Below, piece by piece: positions 43,715 through 57,539 of a stretch of DNA of 64,000 nucleotides. The stretch is taken from NCBI RefSeq assembly GCF_009914755.1, contig NC_060936.1; one strand, 5' to 3'. Every line of letters starts with the position of its first letter. Position 1 is the first letter of the stretch. This stretch comes from the human T2T-CHM13v2.0 reference genome, Homo sapiens. A program made the translations under genes and the position numbers. The notes beneath the pieces are model-generated. The model had not been told where the DNA came from and ran no database searches. It worked only from the letters and a program-made list of their open reading frames with translations.

Positions 43715-44750
43715 TTTTTAAAATTAGATGCATGTAGGATTTCTTGAACAAGACACAAAATATTGAAACCACAAAACAAAAAATAATGATAACTTGAACT
43801 CCATTAAAAATAAATATTCCTGCTCATCAAAGAAATCCATGAAGAAAATAGACAAGCCACAAACTGGGAGAAAATATCCACAAAATAAACATCTAACAAA
43901 GGGCATATTTTCATAATAAATGAAAAAATCCTACAAACCAAAAATAAAAAGATGCAAATCTCATTTTTAGAACAACTAAATGGACAGTTCACAAATAGAA
44001 AATATATAATGATCAGTGAATACATCATGAGATATCAGGGAAATACAAATTAAGTCCAGAATGAAATATCTCTTCATACCCATGAAAATGGATCAAATCA
44101 AAAAGACTGCAAGAAACACTGAGAACTCTCATACATTTCTATATGAGTATTGAACAGTACAAAATGGTACAATCACTTAGGTGAACTGTTTGGAAGTTTC
44201 TTAAAAAGTTAAATATACATCAACCCCAAATTTCCTCTCACAGACATTTATCCAAAAGGAATAAAAGTAAATGTCCAAAAGAAACTTTTAGAGAATATTT
44301 ATGGCAGCTTTATTCATAATAGCCAAAGACTAGAAAAAACCCAGGTGTTTATCAGCAGGAAAATTGATCATCAAATTGTGGTATATTCATACAGTGAAAT
44401 AATACTCAGCAACAAAAGGGAATGCATTACTGATACATACAACATAAATAAATTTAAAGATGTTAACTTAAGTGAAAAAAGCCAGGCACAAAAGCATATT
44501 GCTTGATTCCATTTGTATAAAATCCAAATATAGCAAAACTAGTCTATTTTGTGAAAAAACAGAGAGTAATTGTGTGGGAGAGGTGGGAACTGACTACAAA
44601 GGGGCACATGGAACTTTCCCTGGGAATGGTAATATGCTAAATCTTGTTTTGGGTGGCGGTTATCTGATTGTATACAATTATCTAAACTCATCAAACTAAG
44701 CACTCAAGATTTGTGCATTTAATTGCATGTTAATTATACCTCAGTGAAAG
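43715..44750 (+). mobile_element. Old L1 (L1ME/MC-like) 3' portion
   Basis: agacaagccacaaactgggagaaaata, gcagctttattcataatagccaaa, gtgcatttaattgcatgttaattatacctca. Confidence 0.8.
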
Positions 44751-46534
44751 TAGATATAAACACAGAGTAGACAGGTATAACTTCATAGGGATAGTGATAA
44801 TTTTGAGGGACATAACTTCTAATTTAGTAGTCCTAAAAAATAGTTTTTTAATTATTATTTTTTCATAATTAATTATACAAGTAATGCAAATTTATAAAAA
44901 ATTCCAGCAATACAAAAATGATTTAAGTAGAAAAGGAATTATCTGTGTAAATGAGATAGTGTTAGAGATAGAGTGACAAGGATGTCTATTCCATTCACTT
45001 ATTAGTAATTTTTCTTTTAAAAGAATCAGGAGAGCCATTTAAAAAATATTTTTATTTGCTCTAAAACTATAATGTATTAGTGGTTTGTTAACAAGTTGTT
45101 ATTTTTAAATTGTTATAATTTAATTTTTGAAGATTACAGTCAATTAGAGTTTATCTTTCATTTATCAAACAAGACATCAATGCAAAACAGTAATTCTTTT
45201 TACGTAAAAAGTTAACATCAGAAACATATACTAAAACAGTTATGTAGGGCTCATTGTATAAAGTAAGTTTATGAAACTAAAGCACCTCAGAGTCATTGCA
45301 AAATCTGCCAAACTGAAATACAGAAAAATAAAACCCAGCAACAAAACAAATAATTTGAATAAATAGGCAATACCATTAAAGCCCTTGCAATACCATTAAA
45401 TGGAATCTGCTCCCAAAGGGACTGCATAAACCCTTGGCTACGGTGATAATATAGATGCCAATGTTAAAGAGAACAGCCAAAGATATCAGGAAGTATGAAG
45501 TGCAATTTAGGAGGAGAGTGGTGGTTCCAGGTGAAAGAATTAGAAGAAACAGACAAATTTTGCTCTTGGGACTAATTAGGAAGATGTGGGAGTCCAAGAT
45601 TCTCTTACACACAGTATACTTAAAATATCTATATTATATGTACATACCTAAATAACTATGAATGAAACTAGGCTAGAGTGCTATACATTTTATATTAACC
45701 AAGTAATTCAACACTTACCTTTTTGTTCGAAGAATCAACAAGAGAACTCTAAATAGTTATTGCTTTATAATAGAAACACCTGAATCCATCTGGTCAACAC
45801 ACTACTATACTGGAAACCGTAATGACATCTGCTTGGGTTAGTCTTCCAAACTCACCCACCCACTGCCACCCCCTACCATAAATCAAGAGGAATAATGAAT
45901 TCATATCTATAAATAAATATTAATGGTTAAACTTCAGGAAGAATTTGCTACAGAATTTAACAGTCATTTCTATGCATTTCCTTTCAGAATAATGAAATAT
46001 TAAATGTTCTAAAACCTCAGACAAGCCAAAATTTGGACTCTTTGTTTATGATTGCATGCCAATAACAAAATATGCACAAATAAAAAATAGAATGATATAA
46101 ATGAAGTCAAGTATGATCTTGTTTCAATCCTTTTTAGCATCTTGCTTATGACTTTGCTGTCATTTTTACTACCAGTAATTTTTTTAATTTACAGCTATAT
46201 CTAAAGATAGAATTAAACTACAGCTCTAAACATAAGAGTGCTTTCAAAACCAAAATGCAAAAAATGCTTCACCAGTCTATCTGGAGGAGGGAATAGTAGC
46301 CAACTAACATTTATAAACCCCATTCCTCCTACAGAGGGATGATGTGCCATGTGCGAAATGGCCTATTTCAGTTTCCAAGGTTGGCAACAATCTGTACCAG
46401 CGAGACCAAGTTCCAGAGCCAGCAGTGCCCAGGTCTTTTCACGCATCACATACTGACAGCTGAATCTGTTTTGTGGAGTCTTATGCCATATCTTGTTCTT
46501 GCTCAAAACCTACAATGCCATAAGAACAGATTTT

Positions 46535-46608
46535 GCCCTTCAAAAGCATTTGATCTTTTATTTTTAAGTACATTTGGTTCTAACTTCTCTAATTAAAAGC
46601 AAGTATCT
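46535..46608 (-). CDS. NELL2: Candidate NELL2 alternative terminal mini-exon (coding 46589-46608: EILAFN*, then AATAAA)
   Basis: Minus strand: gttatttttgtgttttttttgcag|AG ATA CTT GCT TTT AAT TAG. AATAAA at 46557-46562 with U/GU-rich sequence downstream. Frame assumes the phase-1 donor of exon 2. The 3' end is estimated. Confidence 0.5.
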
Positions 46609-49251
46609 CTGCAAAAAAAACACAAAAATAACATTTATTTCACCTTCTATTGTTCCCTCTTGTATTTTTACAGGTTTATTTTGAATGAGTTCTCTCCATT
46701 TAATCCACTAAAATATAAATGCATTCACCGTCAATATCAACAGTGGATTTGATTTACTCTTTTTCTTTGAATGAAGAGCCTATTGCCTGAAATTCCGTAT
46801 CTCAATTTAATTATCTAAAGAATGTATTTCTACAGATTCATATCTTAACATACACTGCTGGAAAAAAACGTTAAAAAATTAGATTTTCCTTACCTACTTC
46901 TTCTATCAAGACAGTGTGGAAGAGAAAATTAATCCTTTCCTACAATATTTTCCAGTAGCACATATTTGTCATGTTGTTATATAACTTTAGAAAGTCTAAA
47001 ATGAGGTAGCTCAGCATTTGCACCTCTATTCTGTGTTTTTCCCCTGAGAGAAAAGCTTTGTTACACACAGATGGGAACAGTTTAAACATTCCCTCTCTTT
47101 TCTTCATGAGACAGCTAAGATAGTGTTCATTTAAAACCCATTTTTGCTTTTCAGATGCCTGTGTAATTAACATCAGTCCTGAAAAGTTTTAGAAATAAGC
47201 CTGCAAGTTTCCACAAGCTAACTGGCATTTTCCCAACTTCACCCTCTGACTTTACTAATTTGCTGACCAAAATAACAAAAAGTAATCATCCATTAAATAG
47301 GTGGGTTCTCCCCACTCGACAGTTTCCTGCCTGGTCAATGATTCAGAGTGAATGCTCATTTTTTTCCATTAGTCTTTGAAACGTGTTCTAATTTGAAAGT
47401 ATGTTATCAAAGAACAATTTAAATTGCACAATTTTCCTGGAAATGCAACCCAATTATTAAAAATTGAACCCACAGCAGCAAAGGGATGAAAATGTACTAT
47501 GAGATGCTTTATTGTAGAGGCACCTATGATAAGGATAATGAAATTTTTGTAGCAACTTTTAAAAAATTGACCTCTACATCAGAGGCTTAGTGTCTTCAAG
47601 GTGAGTGGCAATAAATATACATTTACTCTGCCTTCTTTTCTTTCCCTTTAGAGGCCTCATTTCTTGTGAATTCCCATGCTCCAAATCAAGTTCTTATCCA
47701 ATCAAGTTCTTATATCCACTGCATTTCAACTTCAAATATGTCTTCATTTTAACCCATAACATAATAGTCTTATAAAAATGTATAACTTAAAAGTGTCTCA
47801 TATCTTCAGGATTATGGTTTATCATAGAAATTAATAATAAGCTTCAGAAAGATTTCAGTGAAGACAATCCAGATTTGAGTTAGGAATTTTAAAAGTCCAA
47901 TTTCTGACCTTTGGATTTTAAGTTTAAGGAAATTGGTAAAGTTGTTTCTACGCATTTTCCTTCAAAATAATAGTGAAACATTAAGTGTATTAAGATCCCA
48001 GGCAAACCCAAGTCTGAATTCTTTAGAGTCAAATTTGGACTGAACAATTCCTCCTTTGAGACATTTTAAACATTTCTCCCCTTTATTTGGGATATGATAT
48101 TTCTTCTCCTAGAGTGAAAAAATCCCTCTTTTCATTTGAAAGGCAAAAACATAAAGCCTAGAGTCATAGTGCTTTCCTGAGTTGGTTGAATTAAACGATC
48201 TATTAGGTATCCTACATAAAAATTCAATCTGAACATCAGGGAATAGAAAGTATTAACAAAAGCAGTAACACTAATACTTACATTACAACAGAACTTATGA
48301 AAATCAGTCTCAGAAGGAAAAACAAACATATGAATGATAGTGTCATAAAATAAGCTGCCTCTCTGGAGTACTCATATACTTTAAATAAATCTATTTTTAT
48401 AGTATAATTAGCAATCTGATGACATGTGAGAAGAATACATCAGTGAAGGACATGTCCTCCTCCAAACAAAGTCAACAGGCTCTCAGAAAACATCCAGGTT
48501 CAACGTTCAGTTACTAGGAGCATTGCATCTCATTGGTAGCCTAAAGGAAACATTTTTATATGCCTTTCTTAACAATCCATCAGTCTCCAGGAAGAACTCT
48601 GCTCAGTTACAAGTATGTGTCAACAAACGCAATTCATAGTAAAGATATCCAGCTACTAATTACCACTGGAAATTTAAATAAGTTCTAAAAATATAGGTTA
48701 CGTTCTGCTCTGAAATACTTAACCTATTTGGCATTTTTTCTGGGACACTTAATGGTCCATCAGTACAATGTGTTAGACTGTACAGATATAGAATTAGACA
48801 CAGTGCTTGCCTAGGGGATTCTCAATTTAAATAGACAAGCAAAATAGATTAAGCCCTAAAACACCAGTGTATGGAAGAAATAAAGTAGATCACTACTATT
48901 AAGAATACATATTTATAAAACAGATACACAATGCACAGCACAGGAGTAAAGGGCAGGATATCTCTCAGTAGCAAAGAAAGCATTAGAACAATCCAAGATG
49001 CTCTTTAGGAGGGAACTGTTTTGAACATAGTGTTAAAGATTGTCAGAGAGATGAAAAAGAGGATGTTACGGACATCAGGGGTTACAAGAAAAAGAAAAGT
49101 TAACTAAAAGGAAGGACGAAATTTACTTCTGGCTGAATGCAAGTGACTTCAGAAATCGTTTAATCTAACTCCCATCTACACATCATTGAAACATTTTTGC
49201 TAAAATACTGTTATCTAATCTCCACTTAAGTATTATTAGAGACATGTTTAT

Positions 49252-49380
49252 TGGATGGATGGATGGATGGATGGATGGATGGATGGATGGGTGGATGGAT
49301 GGGTGGGTGGGTGGATGGATGGATGGATGGATGGATGGGTGGATGGGTGGATGGATGACTGGATAGATGGACAGATAGAA
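49252..49380. repeat. (GGAT)n/(GGGT)n compound microsatellite
   Basis: About 30 tetramer units, degenerate toward the right end. Confidence 0.95.
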
Positions 49381-49493
49381 GGATAGCTATTCCAAAAAAA
49401 AAAGTTACTTAAATGTTGGAACTTTGTTGAAAGCATTTATCTTAAAATGACTATTCCCAACTTTTTTCAGAGACCTAGTTTTGCCGTTTACAC

Positions 49494-49805
49494 CAGTGTT
49501 GTCCAATAGAAGTATAAGAGCCATAAAGATGAGTCACATAAGTAATTTTACATTCCTAGTAGCCACCTTAAAAAAGTAAAAACAAGTGATTTTAATTTGA
49601 ATAATATATTTCTTTAACCCACTATCCAAAATATTATTCCAACATATAACCAACATAAAAATATTAATGAGATTTTATATTTTATACTAAGTCTTCAGCA
49701 CCTAGTATGTATTTCTATACTTATATCACTCCTCAATTTGTATTAAGCACATTTCAACTATTCAACAGCAATTGGTAGTTAGTGGCTACTGTATTGGAGA
49801 GCTCA
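49494..49805. mobile_element. MER33-like hAT element
   Basis: cagtgttgtccaataga...tagtagccaccttaaaaaagtaaaaac...tagtggctactgtattgga. Confidence 0.8.
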
Positions 49806-49814
49806 GTTTGAGAC

Positions 49815-49990
49815 AATGGTTCACAAGCTTGGCTAAACATCAGAATCACAGGAAACTTCTTAAAAATATAGATTCCTGGGATTCATCCCCAGAAATTTAG
49901 ATTCACTAAGTTTAGGAAGGCCAGGGAATCTTTTTAACAAGGCATTCAATAAACCACTGATCATCAAGCTGACATCTGGGAATTATTGCT
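49815..49990. mobile_element. MER5-like hAT element
   Basis: tggttcacaagcttggct...catcagaatcac...cagaaatttagattcactaag. Confidence 0.65.
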
Positions 49991-50029
49991 CTAGAATAAC
50001 ACAAAATCAGTCTAAGTCTTTCTATACAT

Positions 50030-50190
50030 GACTGTCCTTCCAAAATCTTAGAGAAATTGTCACACTGCCACTGTATTTTATTCTACGGGCTAAAAATTCT
50101 AAGGTCTTTCAATCATCCCTCATCTGGCATAGTTTCCAAACCTTTCAACTCCCTGGTTGCTGTACCCTGGATGCACTCCAGTTTGTCTGG
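50030..50190 (-). mobile_element. L3/CR1 fragment
   Basis: catagtttccaaacctt...cctggttgctgtaccctggatgcactccagtttgtc. Confidence 0.5.
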
Positions 50191-50639
50191 CTTATTTGCA
50201 ATAATGGAGAAGTACCATAGCATAAATAATCCAACTTAATCTTTATCTGCCTTGGAAATGTTTCTCAGGACTGTCATATGAATATGAGTGTCTCTGCTAA
50301 ATGTTGAATTCGCAATACTTCAAACTAAAAATTTAAACTCTCATCATCAAGAAGCATTCAGGATGTCCAGGTTCTTCAAAATGCTGTTATTTCCTCTGTG
50401 GCACACTTCATCATAGGCTGGAGAAGGACCCTCTCAGGATAATTTGGAGTTATTCAAAGTTAAACAGAACTACCATTTTTTCCATGCCTCTCCACCCTCT
50501 TACCTTTCCTTATGACTAGAGAAGAAAGCAGGTATTTTGATTTTTAGAAAGAGCTCTTCAGCTTTCATTAAAGTTACATAAATACAAAACATAAAGTCAC
50601 GAAAGTAATCATATTTGTCATGAACAAATGGGCTCAATT

Positions 50640-51800
50640 CAGTGCCACAAGTATTCACTTAGCAAGGGCTTACTAAGCACATTATGTGTGCAACCATGGT
50701 AGGCCAGGAGGCTACAAGAAGAAACAATGCAGAGACTCAAGCCCCAAGGAGATCACAATCTAGTCAAGAAGTCAAGCATATTAATCTAACAAATATATAG
50801 AGATGCTCCCCAACTTCTAAAACATTGGTACAACAAGGCAGATTAAATTCCTTCCTCTCCTATGCTAGACATTTGGGATTCATATCAGTAAATTAAGCAT
50901 TCAAAAATCCCTGCCCGCATGCAGTTTACTTTTTAGCAGCAGAGACAAACAATAAACAATTCAAATGATAAGTAAATGAATTATACAGTATGGTAAATAA
51001 TAAGTGTTAGGGAAACTAACAGATCAGAGTAAGGAGTATCAAGAATATTTGGGAGGTAAAAGACAAGTTGAAATTTTACTCTGTGATCATTAGAGGCCTC
51101 ATTAAAAACTTGTTATCTGAGAAAAACGTTTGAAAGAAGTAAGGCGGAAAACATGCAGCTGTCTGGGGGAAGAGCATTCCAGGGCACGGTGGACAGCCAG
51201 TGCAAAAGCCCTGCAGCAGGAGAGTACCTGCCTGGCATGTCTGAGAAACAAGGATGCCACTGGCGTTAAAGCAAAATAAGCAAGAAAGAGAGAAGCAGAT
51301 GAGGTCAGAAAAGTAAAAGGGTGGGAGTGGGAGTGTGCACGTAAGACTTTATAGGGCATAATAAGAACTCTGTCTTTTATTTTGAGTGAAACGAAGAACC
51401 CCTGAAAGCTTGGAGCAAAGCAGTGACATGATATGTACTACATTTTAAAAGGATCACTCTGGCAACTATGTGAAGGACAGACTGCAGAGAAGCAAGAGTG
51501 TAAGCAGGCAGATTACTTAGGAGGCTACTGCAGTAATCCAAGTGAAAGAGGGTGGTAGCTTGGACCAAAGAGGTACAGGGAGGAAAGGAGAAGTGATCAG
51601 ATTACTTTACACAAAAAAATTATAATACAGTGTGGTGGGTATTGTATCAGAGGATACTAAGAGAGCACATAAAAAGTAACAAACAATAATTCCACCAAAG
51701 GAAGAATTTGTAGCCAAAGTGACAACCTACCTGAATCCTGAATGATATGTAAGAGTTCACCAGGAAAAGGAACCAGGAAGAATGGCAAAGAAGGAGGCCA
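50640..51800 (-). mobile_element. L2 (L2a-like) fragments
   Basis: aaaaatccctgccc, tctggggaagagcattccaggg, ttttaaaaggatcactctggc, ggaggctactgcagtaatccaag. Confidence 0.85.
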
Positions 51801-52669
51801 GCACAGAGTTGCTGGGGGCCAAGAGAAATAGATGGAAATGGTGTTTTCCCTAGAGAACCTACATTCTCATTAAAAGACAGTAAATCATGTAACGACTACA
51901 GTTACAGGTGCTACTGGAATCAAAATCAGCACAAGGACTTTAGATTGTAGAAATAAGTAGTAATGCAAGAATGATAATCAAGAAACAATACCAAAGAAGT
52001 AACAGGAAATGTAGGGAAAAATAAACCCACTTCACAAAGATCCACTTCACAGGAGATCCGTCAACATTCCACCGGCCCCTGAAACACTATTCAAGGTTCC
52101 CTGAAATCTTATCCTCCATCACCAGCTCCCACCAACAGATCAAATCAATACCAAGGAACGCCAAGGTTATCCAGACAGAGCCAGGTAAAACAATTGTGTC
52201 ATTTGTTTTTCAGAACTTCTAAAACTTATCCCCACAATATAGAACTCAAAACCTAAGCTTTAATTGTGCTTGTAAAGTAATTATGTTGGGGTTGCTGTAG
52301 AGAGGAGCTATGCCCTGAATCTTCCTTTACTGGTTTTCTCAATGCTCCCCAACTTCTAAAACATTGGTACAACAAGGCAGATTAAATTCCTTCCTTTCCT
52401 AATCTGCCATTTATCCTCATCCCTTTCTACCCAAATCCATATATCCTTTACTCCCCATTAAGAACTAAAAACAGCAAAAGTAGAACAGAAGATGCTTTAG
52501 GGGCAGTTTCCCCCCATGCCCAGATGACCTTCACCTGTCCTCCCTTTAGCACATGAAAGTCATCTGACTTTAGCTCCTACACAAAATCTAGCATTTCCAC
52601 CTGAAAGCCCCTCAAAAGTCCAAGGGAGCATGATCCTCTGATAAGCTAATTCCAAAATAAAAATAATAA

Positions 52670-52870
52670 TTAAGATTTAGTGAATGTTTAGTAAATGTCA
52701 GGCATAGTTTTGTTCCTATGATGCACACATTGACCCTAAGAAGTAGTACTATTACTATGCCAATTGAGGCAGAAATAAGTAACAAGATCAAGTTCATACA
52801 ACTAGTAAAGGAGCCAAGACTGGAGATGAAGATGTCTAGCTCCCAGGCCGTGCTCCTAAATGCTACTGCA
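52670..52870 (-). mobile_element. MIR
   Basis: caagatcaagttcatacaactagtaaaggagccaagactgga. Confidence 0.6.
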
Positions 52871-53854
52871 CATCAATATGAACTCAGAATTACCTCCATG
52901 ATTCCTTCCCTTTGTCTGGAATACAATGTGACCTTTCAGAGCAGTGATTTTTCAGACTTCATTCCATATATTTCCTTTGTAGGGAGAGACACATGGTTGC
53001 CCTGGGTTACTCACCCTTTCCCAAGAATGAAGACTATTAGCAGAGGCGTCATCAAAAACAGTTCAGGGAATATGTGCCCAAGTGCCCAGTTCCTGACAGC
53101 TGGCCACATGAAAGAAGGAGAAGCTATGCTATACTTTTTTCTTCCCCAACAGCTCCTTCACTAATCCTTTTTAATTACAAGAATCAATATCCAAGTCTCT
53201 ACAAATATGAGTTTATATGGTGAAGCGAAAGTCACCACAACAACAGTATTCACCAATAAGTTGTTTGCTTAGAAAATGTTTCCATCTAAGACTAATGTCT
53301 ATCCCGGCAATGTCAATTAGAAACTGAAATCTAGCAAAAGATGAAAAATTTCATGAAGTCAATAAAAGCAATGTAAGCAAGTGCTCAAATGACACAAAAA
53401 GGCCCTAAGTTATGATTATCTGATGCAGGTGGATACATTTTTTAAATTAAAATTAAAATTTAACCAGAATGATAAGTACTTCAAAATAGAATGATTTCAC
53501 ATTCAAGGATTAAGAGAGAGTCCTCAGATATTTTTGCAAACACAAACAACAACAACAAAACACTCAATACTTGATTTTACTCTGTTTCTTCTTAGAATTC
53601 GCTTGTGGTTAAATGATTACCTACAATTTGTCATATATAGACTAGGATACAATTTTCCTAGTTTTCTAATCATTCTTCAAGATAAAGTCCCAAATTTTCT
53701 TTTTCATGATTTACGATAAAATTTTGGTTCCTATTTTACTGTAATAATTTATATAGACATTTTCCTTTCCCTATTATATTGTGATCCCCATCCTTAAAAT
53801 AGAAGCAGTGCAATAAATATTTGTTAATTTGAATTGAATTAAAATCAACAGGAA

Positions 53855-54207
<353 letters not shown>

Positions 54208-54939
54208 TTAGTACCTTGGTAGGTATTGAATTATAGACAGATAATCTAGAATAAGAGAAAGAATAGATGCCTACAAGAATGGGATCCAGACCCAACATGA
54301 AGAGAATAAGCCAACGAGAGGTGGAATAAAGCCAAAGAAAGATAGAAACTCTTCATTTCAGCTGTTACCCAGAGTGTACTTCAGCCATGACACTGAAAGT
54401 CGTTCACCTGCCAGAGCCTGTCAAGATTGCTCCAGGTCCTCCAAAATCAAGGCAGTGTTCCTCTGATATCCCTGGTACTTTTCAGAGGGGTCTTCTAGTT
54501 ATGTTTGACCCTGTCAATAATTACAGCTACCACACTTGCTGGGTGCCAAATAGCATGCTAAGTGTTGTCCCTTCTATCTTCAAAATATTAATGCTTTCTG
54601 ACTTTTCCCCTCCACATCCAGATTAACATTTTGAGGAGAAAGGGTGTATTTTTGAAAAAAGAATACAATAAAAAACTAGACACTTGATTTTACTCTATTT
54701 GTTCTCAGAATTAGTTCATAAATGGTGGGGAGAATCCCTTAAATACTTAGCATTTACCATAAAGACTGAATTGACATGTAAAGAAACCTATTGTACGTCC
54801 CAAATGACTAATATGACATGGTAACTGTCAATACCAAGTTGCAAACCACTCCATAAACACATTCTGTTGCATAGTTAAATGAGAACTCAAAAGAAAGTTT
54901 AATTTGGTTATAAAATAAATAACTGCTAATGTTCAAGAT

Positions 54940-55435
54940 ATATATTAGTTTTCTATTTCTGCTGTAACAAATACTACAAACTCAGTGGCTAAATTAACAA
55001 ATTTGTCTTGCAGTTCTAGAGATTAGAAGTTCAAAATGGGTCTCCCTAAGCAGACATCAAGGTGTCAGTAGGGCTATGTTCCTTCTGGAGGCTCTAAGAG
55101 AAAACTTGTTTTCTTGCTTTTTACAGCTTCTAGAGAATGTCCACATTTCTTGACTCATGGCCACCTTCCAACTTCAAAGCCAGAGATGGCCAGTCAAGTC
55201 TCACATTGCATCACACTGACACATACTCAATTACCTCCCTCTCCCACAATTAAAAGGCCCCTTGTGATTACATTGGGCCCAGCTAGATAATCCACAATAA
55301 TCTCCTTATTTTTAAGTCAGTCGATTAACAACCTTAATTTCATTTGCAAATCTAATCTCCCCTTGCCACATAACAATATATTCACTGATTCTGGGGATTA
55401 GTATGTGGACAGCTGACTCTCAATCAGCCTACCAC
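54940..55435 (-). mobile_element. MLT1D-like LTR
   Basis: tattagttttctatttctgctgtaacaaa...gtgattacattgggccc...aaccttaatttcatttgc...cctaccaca. Confidence 0.85.
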
Positions 55436-55560
55436 AGTCTTTCTCCTGACCCCCAAAGATTCACATCCATTGTACATGCAAAAGTCCCCCAAATTTCCAG
55501 CCCACTGAAGTATCAACTCAAAGTTCAAAATCTCATCTAAATCTTAATCAATTCAGAAGT
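55436..55560 (-). mobile_element. MLT1 internal sequence, left part
   Basis: Continues directly from the LTR (gacccccaaagattcacatcc...tcaactcaaagttcaaaatctcatc). Confidence 0.65.
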
Positions 55561-56760
55561 ACCAAGAACCACACATTAGAAAGATGGTGGAATACAACTT
55601 TCCAGCCCTCATCCCCCTGATAGAAACATCAATTAGAACAACTATCAACACATAACAATATACCATCACAAAAGCTAAGAAAACCAGGTGAGAGATTGCA
55701 GCACCTGGGTGTGGCACAGAACTAAGAAAAGGCATACTGAAGAGAGCAGTAAGGACAATTTTACGTTACCCATCTCACCTTTCCCCAGTGCCAGGCAGCA
55801 CAGCATGGAAAGCAATAATCTTGAGGAAACGAAATAAAAATGAGCACTTGACTTTGTTTCAGACCCCAAAAATAGGCCTGACTCAGTAAAGCTCAACACT
55901 AGGCACGACTCCACAGTCACAGACTCTAGGCTGGTACCCACAGATTGAGCCTCCAAACCCATTCTAGTGCCAAACCGGATCCCACAGCCTCAGGCTCCAG
56001 GCTGGCCAATCAGACTTGGTCTTTGGGCTGCCCCACTGTCAGCCCAACCCCAGTAGCCTCAGGCTCTGAAACAGTCTCAACATTAGATTGGCCCCCATAG
56101 ACCCAGGCTCCAGACCCATCCCAGAAACAAGCAGCTGCAGCAGCCATGGGCTCTGGACTACCCCGAGAGCTGAGCTGGCCCTCACTGTCCCAGGCTTCAG
56201 GCCTACCCTAATACCAAGCTGGCAGCCTCTATCCACAGGGACAAGCCCAAAGCTGGGTCTAAGGATGCCCATTCCATCACCAGGGCAGCGACCATGGACT
56301 ATGGCTCCAGGCTAGCCCCACAGACCCAATCAGTGAGTCCAGGCAACAGGCCTGCCAAACTGCTAACCCAGTCACCAGGACAGCCTGTCTGAGAACTCCA
56401 GCAATAAGTCTTCCCACCAACCATGCCAGACAGTCTTCCTGGAATCTATGAACTGGCTGACTGGTGAAGAGCTTTCCCAGACAAAGCCAGTCTGCAAAGA
56501 CTAGAATAAGTCCCTACTCCTTCAAATGCACTGACTTCAACACAAGCAACAAGAAACATAAAAAGCCAAGGAGATATAACACCACCAAAAGTGCACAATA
56601 ATCTCCCAATAGCTGACCCCAAAGAAATGAAAACATATAAACTTCATGACAAAGAACCCAAAACAATTGTTTTAATGAAGCTCAGAAAACCTCAAGAAAG
56701 TACATATAAATAATTCAATAAAATCAGGAAAATAATAAGAGATCAAAATTAGAAGTTTAA

Positions 56761-57270
56761 CTCTTTTCCCATTTGCCCCACGAATACTCACCAGCAGCGC
56801 TTGCAGCTGCAGTGTTTACTCTGAGCTAACTTTGCCATGAAATATCTTGCTTTTATTATTATTTTTACATTGCTCCAGTATATAGGCTTTAGAAACAAAA
56901 GACATCATTCTATTTATAGCATTCTGTTTTTAATAGTGGTATTTCCATTTAAAAATATAGTAATTCTCAATTGCTGAAAATGTCAAATCCTAGAAAATGT
57001 AGCATTGCCATGCAGATGTTAACATTGTTCTTGAACAGTTGTTGGCCAAAGATTAATCTGATGAATCTGATTTTTCCAGAATTGATTATTCTGGTGATTC
57101 AAATAATTCTGATGTTAGTTCTGTTAATAAATAACTCTAAAAACAGTTTTTATATTTTATTTTCACATTGAAAATCAGTCAGATTTGCTTCAGCCTCAAA
57201 AAGCATGTTTATGCAAAATTCAATGAGTGCTGACAGTGAGCTGCACTTTTTTTTCTAAACAGAAAAGGGA
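56761..57270 (+). mobile_element. MER75 (piggyBac-family non-autonomous element), full length
   Basis: TTAA TSD at 56757-56760 and 57271-57274; TIRs ctcttttcccattt and aaacagaaaaggga; interior matches recalled MER75. Confidence 0.92.
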
Positions 57271-57539
57271 TTAATGGAAAGTTTAAAATTATATTTAGAA
57301 AAAACACAAATTCTTCAGCTAAAAAACACAGTGCACAAAATGAAAAGTGCAATGGACAGTAATACCAACAGAATGATCAACTGGAAGAAAGGATCTGTGA
57401 ACTCAAAGACAGGTTATTTGAAAATATATAGTCAGAAAAGAAAAAAGAAGGAAATGGAAAGAAGAAGAAAACTTACAGGATTTATGGGACGGCATCAGGA
57501 GTTTAAGAAGGAAGAAGAAAGAGACAAGTAAAAAAGCAT

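Noticed and set aside
45713-45830. Consensus donor AAG|GTAAGT on minus as the end of an exon
   Set aside because: No convincing acceptor at exon-like distance, and isolated consensus donors are expected in a 50-kb intron.
47684-47713. Short tandem duplication AATCAAGTTCTTAT x2 (similar small ones near 6470, 52027, 60980 and 61193)
   Set aside because: Ordinary slippage-type micro-duplications with no sign of function.
52718-53164. 148-aa ORF
   Set aside because: Starts in a MIR, is antisense to NELL2, and shows no recognisable domain or splice context.
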